A program made the translations under genes and the position numbers. Under the pieces are notes generated by a model. It saw only the letters and a program-made list of their open reading frames with translations. It had not been told where the DNA came from and made no database searches. 64,000 bases of DNA from Nemertoderma westbladi (Eukaryota > Animalia > Xenacoelomorpha): the NCBI GenBank assembly GCA_032718475.1, contig JAUCBJ010001208.1:1-64000 (forward strand), written 5' to 3'. The stretch's first letter is position 1; every line of letters begins with the position of its first letter. This document shows, piece by piece, positions 13,101 to 22,319 of this stretch.

Positions 13101-13684
13101 TCACAGATGATGAACTAGTGACTCTTTTCACAGAGATCGAGTATACTTTGAATTCTCGACCGATTGCACTGGTGCCAGACAGGTCAGACAACGTTATTGC
13201 CCTGACACCAAACCATATATTAATGCAATCTCCCGCACCACTTGTACCAATCTCTGTCCCAGATGACAGCGATCTGTACTCCAGGAAAGCGTGGAAAATC
13301 GTACAATTGTTAGCAGATAACTTCTGGGAAATATGGCGACAACACTATTTGCCCACTATTTCAGCCAGAAGTAAATGGTATCAAACAACAAGGAATCTTT
13401 GTAAAGGAGATTCTGTTCTCTTAGCCGAGGCGAACCTAAAACGGCGTCACTGGTTAACAGGTGTTGTAATAGCGGTTCATCCAGGATCAGACGGAACAGT
13501 TCGAACTGTGACAGTTAGAACACTAGACAAACATGTAGTAACTAGACCAGTGCAACATCTCGTTTTATTAGAAGAGTCACGTTGTCAGACTGGAGACTAC
13601 AAAATCTTTAAAAAACCCAGTGATTATACTTCCCACAAATTATATGAGACAGGAAATGTAAAAACCTCCAAGAAGACAAAGTAA
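10115..13684 (+). CDS. Inner BEL polyprotein with in-frame deletion: Gag N-terminus/coiled coil fused to RNase H C-terminus and integrase (no protease or RT)
   Basis: YWTDA..VL, FVANR, WRHCPGDRNPADIASRG, WLHGPKFL (BEL RNase H/linker); H-H-C-C zinc finger; GLDCFGP, SDQGTNF, GGSWERL (DDE); no YVDD or DSG motif. Confidence 0.9.
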   Translation: MSMHRTSTIQDITLVGSDSNDDEIEEVVRVSSLDSQRGPPISRSAGGYMAQITKCTNKVITLLLQEGATLDRQKLLELQGKFNTQMIHPVAELQALVDRAEKYQENKTLTFLFEKLKKARVSYIRVIEHFSQIRNTRWSEAVCESLTVNEVEFRESEKRIVVETQHRVTKLTRYLSKRGVVIIGLPLPLTANQETVSGLNSGAEVLSVASQSTTRSRRSTSVVCSRSSITESQKALRAFTERDRLIAVEERKLEVEEARRQEVELAEEEIHKLAAQEADLKQQEQHEEAAAKFRREAQAAAQEAEHLRDELQRQQREAAANLAHQHALRRAQVDEKRRELELKQRRRIHEIEMQHKRAQLQDARLELVNDRQQYEERRRIAKLIKREIGIRLHITYWTDATLVLMYLNIDDVQFKTFVANRKAEILDFTIKEDWRHCPGDRNPADIASRGMMPTEFCQPDNQDFWLHGPKFLRKSTEHWPPIFHCHLHKLPPEAEIKIEKVKKSKAKATGLSHIPTLLTDQVMSNNYMERPRNAMSEQMLDRNEITSRTTLYNLRSRVTHTSDIVPTSLPPPNPPDSDINLEIESEVDLALDISDDDEYIDMHPVPGDEKFDEVKAIFLESPLTNSKQDLVKNVASQPPPNVMVTQPLNSNLRNFFDRLVNSSSSWLKLCRKAAWISRLSKFLGKSKEYSLSDWRQRVIRGFPRRLSIEEIDQAELKIILHFQLRSYTREYNAIMIKKAVTSSPLVRLSPTIHKGLLCHRSRLQATDLARDFIYQIIIPAYLELQCAMIWDAHLKLKHAGRSHCISLLRQRFILIKPTKALNTVLSNCIVCKKLNARITQQQMSELPLARVQSHQSPFTHTGLDCFGPILTKRARSMVKRWGVIFICMASRAVHIERVTDMSTNALLLALRRFIARRGLVQAFSSDQGTNFVGGDNEINKSLNTIDHDKIAAELIPSRITWNFNTADSPWRGGSWERLIRSIKLAFHKTIPPNKVLTDDELVTLFTEIEYTLNSRPIALVPDRSDNVIALTPNHILMQSPAPLVPISVPDDSDLYSRKAWKIVQLLADNFWEIWRQHYLPTISARSKWYQTTRNLCKGDSVLLAEANLKRRHWLTGVVIAVHPGSDGTVRTVTVRTLDKHVVTRPVQHLVLLEESRCQTGDYKIFKKPSDYTSHKLYETGNVKTSKKTK

Positions 13685-15526
13685 AATAAAGTGTACTTTA
13701 TTTTACTGTGGTGTTCTAGTGCTCGATATTCCAGTGTCTGTTATGTGTATTTCGGATTACGTCCGATTACACATAGGAGCGGATTATTGTGTACTGGAAT
13801 ACCGACAACACTTTTATTATTTATTACATCCCATTTGAATTTGAAAATCATATGAATTTCGAAAATGATATTGCTAAAAAATGTTACTACTAAAGTGTGT
13901 TTACAGTAGCGAGTCGCAGTTGTGAAAGTTACCCTACAAGAACCTGAAGTAATTCTAAGCCCTTGGGACGGACAGTGGAGTGACTCGTGCTGGTTGTTGT
14001 AGTCGTTGTGCAGCTACGACGTTGGCGATAGGCACAGCGGCGACAATACATCAGCGCTGAGGATCTTGCGCTGTCCGGGCGGCATTGAGGGGGAGGCAGC
14101 TCACACGCTCCCTGATATATTTACAAAAAGTTAAATAATTTTAACTAGTTGATTTATTTAACTTTAAATTTGTGTCAAAAAGATTGGAGTACTACATCTG
14201 GAGGCTGTAACATTAAATTATTTTATCAAAAAGGGTCTCACAGATATATTGGCACGGGTATTGTAGCTGTCTTAGGGGTATGTTTAAAACATGTTTTGTA
14301 GAAGGGGAGACAGATCCCAAAATCAAGATATCTCTTTATTGATTAACACTTTATTGACATAATTTCTCTCTAAATTTCTTAGATAGTAATAAAAAAAAAA
14401 AAAAAAAAAAGCGAATGATTTTGTTTCGCAAATGTCAAAATTTGGGGTCAGCGCTAGAATAAGATAATTTAATATCAATTGGTTGACAAACGCTGAACTG
14501 ATGGAGGTAAACCCAGGCTTAGCTGAAAGTTTGTGATACTGTACCTGCCATTCATCCATCCATCAATAATCTTTCTATAAGTTACTAGTTACAGGATGGT
14601 ACCGCATAAGAACCTGTTGACATACCCCATCGATTTGAACTGTGGATGCGATCGAAATATCTGGCGATACAGAAAAGATATTGCGCCATCTGATGGTTGA
14701 TGAGTGGAAAAGGAGGGGGGGATGAAAGGTTCTACCCGAACTCCCATTGATACCGGCCATCAGCGGAGTTGGAACAGTAAGAAAGAATTCCAGAATACAC
14801 AAATCCCATACGAGCGTTCGATGCGAAGTAATTGCGATTGGGCTGGATGTGACCGACGTTGTCACTGCCGATTGCAATACCAGGATTAGGGCGGGGTTTG
14901 AGATCCTAATATTTGACCCATTTCAGACACAAATCAAACTAATGCGATCGAGAGCGAAGAATTTATGCTCAAGGCGATCATATATTTACCTAGTCATTCT
15001 TACTGTAACATTGGGATGTGTCAACGAGATAATACTACAACAAACCCTGCGCCCTTTAAATCCTGGAAACCAATACCATCGTCCCACTGGTATTTTTTTT
15101 ATAAGTCTTATATGCTTAACGTCTTATATGCTTACCGTCTTATATGTTTACCTAATCATATATTAGCCTCAATTTATTTACGATGTTAACAAATATTTCA
15201 CGAACTCATTCGATTTATATTATTTATGCCTTAGTAAAAGGTAGTTACTACCTGACAAGGTACTAAAAGTGAACCGGACTCTTACAATATTTTAAGAAAA
15301 TGTGTAAGTCAGTCCTATTATTATGCAAGATATTTTATGTAATAATTGAAATAATTCAGATAAATCTTTGTGTTATAGGTAGTATGTTATACAATTGTAT
15401 GTCCTTTTGAAATATTGATAAATTTAGATTAATCTAGTATATTCTACATAATTTTATATAGTAGTTTTAGATTTATTCGGTATGTCCGGTGATGGGATCA
15501 GAGCGTTAAACGTCTGATCGGAGCGG

Positions 15527-16338
15527 TGTATTGTATTTGGTAAGAGTATAAAAAATTTATTTTATAATCGTTATATTGTTCCGATAACTTCTACTGTACG
15601 TTTAAAGTATAAAACCTATTCTATACCTATATTCTACTATATTAATTAACGAAAATCTTATGGATTCTCTTTAAAGTTAAGTTTGTTTCAGTTCCTTTAC
15701 TTACTGCAGTAGAAATACTGTACGATTTATTACGTGAAATACTACCTGATTATATGATAAATCACCAGTAGGTTAATTGTCCAGTATCTATAACTATTTC
15801 CAGATTATTATTATTATACAGTACAGTATAACTAAGCCCTGCTGGAGGTATTTTCAAATTAAGGCTTTTTAAACATGATTAGCCAATGACAGCCTTTGAA
15901 TTCTTTATGCTTGTTTCAATGTAGAATTGAAGTTATATATATTCATTCATTACTCTGTTACTGCATTAAGTACCGCAGTACCGGTACGTTATATGGTTTA
16001 ATCTTTTACATTTGGACGTGTATTTAAATTTTGACAGTGTTGTTTTGCATTCAGATGTCTGATGTCTGGATGTCTTTGATATAAAACTGTGATACTGTGA
16101 TACGATATTCAATATAATGTCTTAGTCGATTAGAACACGTTCAATAACATTGTTGTTCCTGATTAACGGATCAGATCGCATTCTGACATGAGTCAATTAT
16201 CGAAAACATTCGCGATGTCCGGCTAAGATTAGCTGCGGTGTGGTGAGGCCGGCAATGGGATGTGGGACATCAGTGGCGGTACGGAAGCAAAATTGGACTA
16301 TCAGGGAAGTTGATCGAACCATTAGGCATAAGTTTGGG
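15527..16338 (+). repeat. Truncated 3' LTR of inner element
   Basis: Identical to 7861-8672 apart from ~3 SNPs; breaks at AGTTTGGG and joins outer integrase sequence. Confidence 0.93.
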
Positions 16339-16340
16339 TC

Positions 16341-17192
16341 CTGTCCAGTAGGGCAGTTCATATTGAACGTGTGATGGATCTTTCCACCAACGCGTTTATA
16401 CTAGCATTGCGGCGATTTATTGCTAGACGCGGATTAGTGAAATGCTTGTACTCAGACCAAGGGACAAACTTTGTTGGTGCCCGAAATGAAATTGCTAGAG
16501 CCTTTAAGAAATTAGATCATGATCAAATCTCAAACGAACTACGTCCTTACAAGATTGTTTGGAAGTTTAATCCTCCAGATAGTCCATGGAGAGGCGGAGT
16601 CTGGGAGAGATTGATTAGATCTATAAAAACAGCCATGGCAAAAGTAATTCCAGTAAACCACATTTTGACAGACGACCAACTGACAACACTGTTTGTTGAA
16701 ATCGAGGCAATACTAAATACTAGACCAATAGTATTAGTACCCGATGACAAACAATCTCAGTTTGCTTTGACACCGGCACACCTGCTTATGCAGGCACCGA
16801 CTACATTAACGCCTATTTCTTTTCCAATGGAAGGCGATAGCTACGGTAGAAAAGCGTGGAAAATCACGCAACTACTAGCTAACAAATTCTGGGAAATATG
16901 GCAAAACCATTATTTGCCCTCTATTTCTGCCAGAACAACATGGTACAATAACACCCGCGCATTAAAGCCGGGAGATCACGTGCTGTTAGCAGAAGTGAAT
17001 CTAAAAAGACGCTTCTGGATAACAGGTGTAATTTTAGACACACATCCATCTATGGATGGAGTAACAAGAACTGTGACGGTACGGACAATTGACGGTCGTA
17101 CAGTTGACAGAACGACTCAACATCTCGTACTTCTTGAAGAGACTCGAAACGAGTCTGGAGACTACAAATCTCCAACAAATGTTAGTAAATAA
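16341..17192 (+). pseudogene. C-terminal half of outer element BEL integrase
   Basis: SRAVHIE, SDQGTNFVGA, PWRGGVWERLIR, LNTRP, LTPAHLL, FWEIW...YL motifs; a paralog of the inner integrase; first catalytic Asp lost in the deletion. Confidence 0.92.
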
Positions 17193-17789
17193 TTAGGAGT
17201 TTACAAATAGATTTCCATGTATCTGTACACTGTAGTAAAGACAGCGGTAGAATTCCATTGTCTTTATATGTGAACATTGAGGGTAGTACCCTTATGTGTC
17301 ACATAGGAGCGGGATTTGTAGGTATAAGAAATGGAATTCTACTTGGAACTCACAATATTGAGACATTTTCGAAATTTTAGACAATCCATTTGGATTTGAA
17401 AAATTTTTAAAATTTTCTCCAGTGAATAGATTTCAGGGTACAGTCGGGTGGAACTTAAAATTAGAGAAACAAGAGAGGAAGACTTGCGAGCCTTTCTTAA
17501 AATTTTAATTAAATTTTACACGGTCTTGTTTCAATAAGTTACGTCAATATATAGACTTCCCTATATTTATTACTAATTCTTGACTGCTTATTTCTGATAA
17601 TAGTTTGGGATCAAAAAGTGAGTATTTTAGACTCACAGCCAGTTTAGCCCAAAATCGTTTTTATTTCGGCAAAAATTTTAGATTAGAAGCAGCGTGTCAT
17701 TAAAGAAACCCTAGATCTTAGGCTATGGGTAGGAGGTTAGAGCGTTGTCGAGCCAAAAGGGCAGACGAAAACTCTCACATCTCCTCACA

Positions 17790-17821
17790 ACTAACTACAA
17801 ACTCTGTTGTATTCCCTCTAG
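17790..17821 (+). promoter_or_regulatory. Splice acceptor in front of the third ORF
   Basis: Branch-point ACTAAC (17790-17795), pyrimidine tract CTCTGTTGTATTCCCTCT, AG 17820-17821; ATG follows at 17853. Confidence 0.55.
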
Positions 17822-17852
17822 TAGTAATGATTATGTAACTGCACCTCTAATT

Positions 17853-20021
17853 ATGGAGAAGGAGATACATGGAGAGCCGAGATGGGGATATGATATCCAA
17901 GAGGAAGCAGCAGCGCCATTCGAGAGATTTGGAGCCAAAGACTACACTATATTTGGTATAAAAGAATTATCAGAAAGTACTGCGAAACTCGCGAGAACTA
18001 AATATGACTCGAATGTATTAAAGAGAAGGCAAAACGCATTAAATGAAAGAATCGAAAGTTTGCGCAAAACCTTCAATGAACTTTACCCGTACGACGCTTT
18101 GTGTGATACGGGAGACATTAGCGAAGACCCCGATACTGAAATTAGTCGTTTGTATCATACCATGCAATACCTAAAGACGCACGAACCTATGCCTGCGGTA
18201 CGAGATGAATTTGATGGAATGCATCTTTACAGACGAACTCGAGGGGACGATAGAGAAACAAAGGAAGCATTTTCAGTTTATAAACTTTATTATCAATGTG
18301 GTTCTTGTATGCGCGAACAACGAAATGCGATTCCGATGCGTTTGAATAAGGAAAATCCCGAACCGATATTGGCGAGGTGTTCGAACCATCAACGACTACG
18401 CTACCAGGAAGGAGGGTATCCTTTATCAAATCCATATCATTCGTTTGCTATGACTGGACCAAAGGCGGGAGAAACTGTCGTTTACCCACCTAAGGTTGTT
18501 GAACCCAATGCATTTGAACTTACGCTGGATGAGGCGAATCAGTCAACCCGCGAAAAGAAAGAAGCTCTTAGCCTATACAGAGCCTACAAGGCTTTTGAGA
18601 AAGGTGAGATGGAAGAATGGGGCGGAAGACTCGCGAGCCTACCTTACCATTGGACGTCACACGATCAAACTCCAGCTAAGGAGATGACACCGGAAGTTTT
18701 CGAGAGCATAAACTTTGCTCAAAATGTTATTCAGAGACTACAGATTGCATCCCCGGAGAGGACAAGAGAAATGCAACCATATAGTACTTCGACTACGAAA
18801 CCATTGAGTACGACACTCAATTTTCCTATTAGTATACCAGTCCGACAGGATACGACGTACGAAATACTCATCGTGGATCATCCAGAAATTATTTCGAACT
18901 TGGAGTTTCTTCCTGCAGTTGTTTTTAGCGATATAAGTAAGATATATGATTTACGTAGACATATTACTCAAAAGGTCGTGTATAACGTTCTACCTCATAT
19001 TCAAGACTTTAGAGAATTGGATAGAGCTGGTGCTGATATAGCTCCGAGTAATTTGAAAGGATATTTAACCAAAACGATTCGTTTATGGATTGGAACTGGA
19101 ACCTTCGAGTCGGATACAGATATTGCCGCGGATTGGCGAGGTAAGGTTATTCGTTTCGAAGATGATAAGGACATAGAGAAGATTTGGCAACCTTCGGAAG
19201 AATTGTTGGACGAATGGAATAGAACGTTTAGATCGTTTCAGGAAAATGGTTACATGTTTTACGATAACGAGGGCGGCAGTCATCAACAGAGTTTGACTTC
19301 TAAGACTATACAAATTAGAGCGGCGGACGGAGTCTTGCACGTTTTCAGTAGACAGAGGAGCGACAAACGAATGCCGATACCTCCAGCAAATACAAAGCGA
19401 CACCATCTCATCACTGACATAGTAAAGAAGATGGACCAAGCTTGTAATATCGATGCTAGAATGCTACCGAAGATGGTAAGAAATATGATTTTAGATAAAA
19501 CTGTTGTAAAGATTGGATCAGGAGTAAGAGAGGACTTAATTAGCGACTTCGCCGACATGACGGACAGCGATGACCGACTACCGACACCGTACGTCGACAC
19601 TCGACCTCTTATCTTGTGGTCTATAGAACAAGGGTATTTTCGTGAGTATAATACTCAGAAGACCGGAACTGGATACATTTCCTACCTGTTATTCAATTGG
19701 GATTATAAGGAAAGTAAGAGAGCCAAGTATATTGAGACTTATGGAGAAGGTGATACTCCAGATATGAGTGAGTTTGAATCACAGCTCAAATGGAGAGGAT
19801 GCGTGTATTGGGCTATTACGTCACCTCCAAGAGCGGTCCTACAATATTATTTAGCAATAGAGTCATCAGTGAATGTTTGCTTAATCGCCGACATTGTGTC
19901 TCAGACTCTTAAAAGACATCCACTTTGTCTCGGAGATGATCATACGTTCTACAAGGAAGGGAGAATTCATACCGACGTGTTTAGACGATTTCTTGAATGC
20001 CTTTACTCGAGCAGGATTTAG
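17853..20021 (+). CDS. ORF3 part 1: protein with a C-terminal DEDDy 3'-5' exonuclease domain (WRN/EXD/RNase D-like)
   Basis: ExoI MFYDNEG, IQIRAADGVLHVF, LPKMVRNMILDKTVVKIGSGVREDL (ExoII), YVDT, ExoIII-like W....PRAVLQYYLAIE; the track ORF opens at 17745 on a non-ATG codon. Confidence 0.7.
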   Translation: MEKEIHGEPRWGYDIQEEAAAPFERFGAKDYTIFGIKELSESTAKLARTKYDSNVLKRRQNALNERIESLRKTFNELYPYDALCDTGDISEDPDTEISRLYHTMQYLKTHEPMPAVRDEFDGMHLYRRTRGDDRETKEAFSVYKLYYQCGSCMREQRNAIPMRLNKENPEPILARCSNHQRLRYQEGGYPLSNPYHSFAMTGPKAGETVVYPPKVVEPNAFELTLDEANQSTREKKEALSLYRAYKAFEKGEMEEWGGRLASLPYHWTSHDQTPAKEMTPEVFESINFAQNVIQRLQIASPERTREMQPYSTSTTKPLSTTLNFPISIPVRQDTTYEILIVDHPEIISNLEFLPAVVFSDISKIYDLRRHITQKVVYNVLPHIQDFRELDRAGADIAPSNLKGYLTKTIRLWIGTGTFESDTDIAADWRGKVIRFEDDKDIEKIWQPSEELLDEWNRTFRSFQENGYMFYDNEGGSHQQSLTSKTIQIRAADGVLHVFSRQRSDKRMPIPPANTKRHHLITDIVKKMDQACNIDARMLPKMVRNMILDKTVVKIGSGVREDLISDFADMTDSDDRLPTPYVDTRPLILWSIEQGYFREYNTQKTGTGYISYLLFNWDYKESKRAKYIETYGEGDTPDMSEFESQLKWRGCVYWAITSPPRAVLQYYLAIESSVNVCLIADIVSQTLKRHPLCLGDDHTFYKEGRIHTDVFRRFLECLYSSRI

Positions 20022-21000
20022 TATATTTCGAGACGTGTATCTTCGCTGTGCGGGATCTCTTATCGAAAGACCGTCTATGTTTACATTGTTACCCTATGAA
20101 GGAGAACGTATCGTGGAGATTACGGATGAATCACGGCAGACGCGCGCGCCTATCGGTCACCTTGGTGATGATTTCGAAGTAACGACTACGATCACTGACG
20201 ATCCTTTAGAGGAACTTCTTGAGATAGAAAGGAACCTCCCGAAGAAATCTCAGACGGAGATTCGACAACTTGAAGCAACAGATGCTGTAGTTTGTATACA
20301 ACCTTCAGAAACCTACCAACCCATAGATCCAGATGATTATGATTATAGTGTGGGAGGAAGCGCTCGACCAATTGGAGATCTTATATACGAACGAGTGTGG
20401 TACCCTGCCAATACGATGTGTGGTAAATGTGGTGTCGCTGGACATCATTCGACCAAGTGCAGTGGAAAGCACATTACTACGACTCAACTAATCTGTGGAT
20501 GGTGTGGAGATCAAGGGTCTCATACCTTTTATACTTGCTGGAGATTTATGGCTCAATGTACTTATTGCAATATAAAAGGGCATCGAGCATCTGAATGCCA
20601 ACTAAGAGACATACCTTATGAACACGAATCTGTAAAACTCGTGAGAAACCTATTCGATGAGTGGGAAGATTTAGCCGACGAACATGTATCGGCACAAAGA
20701 AGACGATTTCCGATGAGAGCGCATCTTGGATTTTGGGCGGTAAATCCCCAAACGATGATGTCGGAAGGATACATCTCCGCTATGCCCCAATATGACGAAC
20801 TTATCGAGGTAGTCGATATTTTGCCTCACGACAGTGGATTCCGAGTGGTGCGTGAGTATCTATTACAGATTCACCCGGACAACAAGAACACGTGGAATTT
20901 TCAGAAAGTCGTAAATCGTATCACGTATGGTGAATTTGATCGTTTCCGAACTGAAAAGCGGAATAAGGGAGCTTGGTTAACCGTCGCATGGGCATACTGA
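19894..21000 (+). CDS. ORF3 part 2: three CCHC zinc knuckles
   Basis: CGKCGVAGHHSTKC, CGWCGDQGSHTFYTC, CTYCNIKGHRASEC; overlaps part 1 in the +1 frame. Confidence 0.75.
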   Translation: MCLRLLKDIHFVSEMIIRSTRKGEFIPTCLDDFLNAFTRAGFSIFRDVYLRCAGSLIERPSMFTLLPYEGERIVEITDESRQTRAPIGHLGDDFEVTTTITDDPLEELLEIERNLPKKSQTEIRQLEATDAVVCIQPSETYQPIDPDDYDYSVGGSARPIGDLIYERVWYPANTMCGKCGVAGHHSTKCSGKHITTTQLICGWCGDQGSHTFYTCWRFMAQCTYCNIKGHRASECQLRDIPYEHESVKLVRNLFDEWEDLADEHVSAQRRRFPMRAHLGFWAVNPQTMMSEGYISAMPQYDELIEVVDILPHDSGFRVVREYLLQIHPDNKNTWNFQKVVNRITYGEFDRFRTEKRNKGAWLTVAWAY

Positions 21001-21549
21001 GCCGCGTTTTACCACAAACGTATACGAGCGAGCGTGTTCGAGGAAGAGGAGATCCTAGAGGTGACAAATATACCAGCCACTCCGGTTGAGCCGTCTGCAC
21101 GTCACCCTTGGGAGGACGGACAGGGTAGGATCATAAGGGTCCAGAAAGTGAGCCAACAATTAAAGAAGTCTATTAATATAGAAGAACGCAAGGGAGTTGA
21201 GCCGACCATTCGAATTACTCGGGATACGGTATCGCTTCCTAGAGAACCAACAGGAGGATCGGGACATACACCAGCTGATCAAAAGGGGGCGCAAGCTACT
21301 CTTGGGTCTGCGTCGTCCGCTTCCCGCGCGTTCCCAGACGTTTTACCAACTGTAGTGACAACTGATCGGTCACGAGGAATCGGTCGAGGTTTTGGGATAC
21401 CAAATAGACGAATTTGTGAGGAAACGGTCGCACCGTCTCCCAACGTACAAGCGAAACCAGTAACTCGCCCCACGAGTCCCATATCGCGGGCAAAGTCACC
21501 TGTGCGCAGTTTTCGAGGACGCGGCAGGGCTCGATCTACTAAGCGATAA
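21001..21549 (+). CDS. ORF3 part 3: disordered Pro/Ser/Arg-rich tail with RG repeats, in frame after the TGA at 20998-21000
   Basis: The same frame stays open across the stop (AWAY*AAFYHKRIRASVFEE); ends RSFRGRGRARSTKR. Confidence 0.6.
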   Translation, partial: AAFYHKRIRASVFEEEEILEVTNIPATPVEPSARHPWEDGQGRIIRVQKVSQQLKKSINIEERKGVEPTIRITRDTVSLPREPTGGSGHTPADQKGAQATLGSASSASRAFPDVLPTVVTTDRSRGIGRGFGIPNRRICEETVAPSPNVQAKPVTRPTSPISRAKSPVRSFRGRGRARSTKR

Positions 21550-22319
21550 AAGGGAGGGCAAGGGTGGACGGAAGATTCGTGAGCCTTTCTTGTGAATTTG
21601 TGATTTATTTGATTAGTAAGTTTTGTATTCTGGAAGAACTCATATTTAGTAAGATTTATATTTAGTAAGAATTTATATTTTGCAAGATTTATATTTTATA
21701 TTTGTGATTATTCCGAACTTATGCAATTTATATTGTTCCGAATACTATGCAATTTATATCTTATAAGCAGTATTTGTATTTACAGTGAAATAGAAAGTAA
21801 GAGTAGATGGAAGACTCGTGGGCCTTTCTTATAGTTTCATTTGTAAAGTGTTATATTTGTATTTAGAAAGTTTTATAGTTAGAAAGTTTTGTACTTAGAA
21901 AGACTCATATTTGTAATTATTCCGAACTTATGCAATCTACATTTAGGCACGAAAGTATTTGTAATTATTTGAATTTATGCAATATTTGAGATGCAATAGT
22001 AGATGGAAGACTCGCGAGCCTTTCTTATGATTTTCATTTATTTGTATTTGTAATTATTTGAATTTTGCAATATTGAGATGCAATAGATTTATATTGGTGA
22101 ATTTAATTTAGATTTATATTGTACTTACTTAGTAAAGCCTTAAATACGTAAAGTTTGAATTTGTAATTATTTTGTATCGAATCATTATGTAGAAAGGAAG
22201 TATTGTTTGAAATTTAATTTGTAAATATGTAAGTACGCCCTAAGTATTCTATAATTTGATTGATTATTGGTGAAAACCGTATATTTTATGCACGATAATA
22301 TCCTGTTTTCATGGAGCGG

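Larger units (their letters stand above)
7861..16338 (+). mobile_element. Second BEL/Pao LTR retrotransposon nested in the outer gag; 3' LTR truncated by a deletion
   Basis: LTR 7861- is repeated at 15527-16338 with ~3 mismatches; starts TGTA; preceded by PPT-like GGAGCGG; internal ORF carries BEL RNase H and integrase motifs. Confidence 0.92.

Noticed and set aside
11403-13191. Antisense ORFs opposite the BEL polyprotein (and similar short shadow ORFs elsewhere in the track)
   Set aside because: Shadows of real coding frames or of repeats; no motifs.
17745-20021. Retroviral env gene
   Set aside because: No signal peptide, furin/fusion peptide or C-terminal transmembrane segment; exonuclease motifs instead.
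19894-21000. Programmed frameshift or stop readthrough in ORF3
   Set aside because: No recognisable slippery heptamer, Ty1-type CTTAGGC or leaky-stop context; mutation (e.g. CGA>TGA) is simpler, though other copies are needed to decide.
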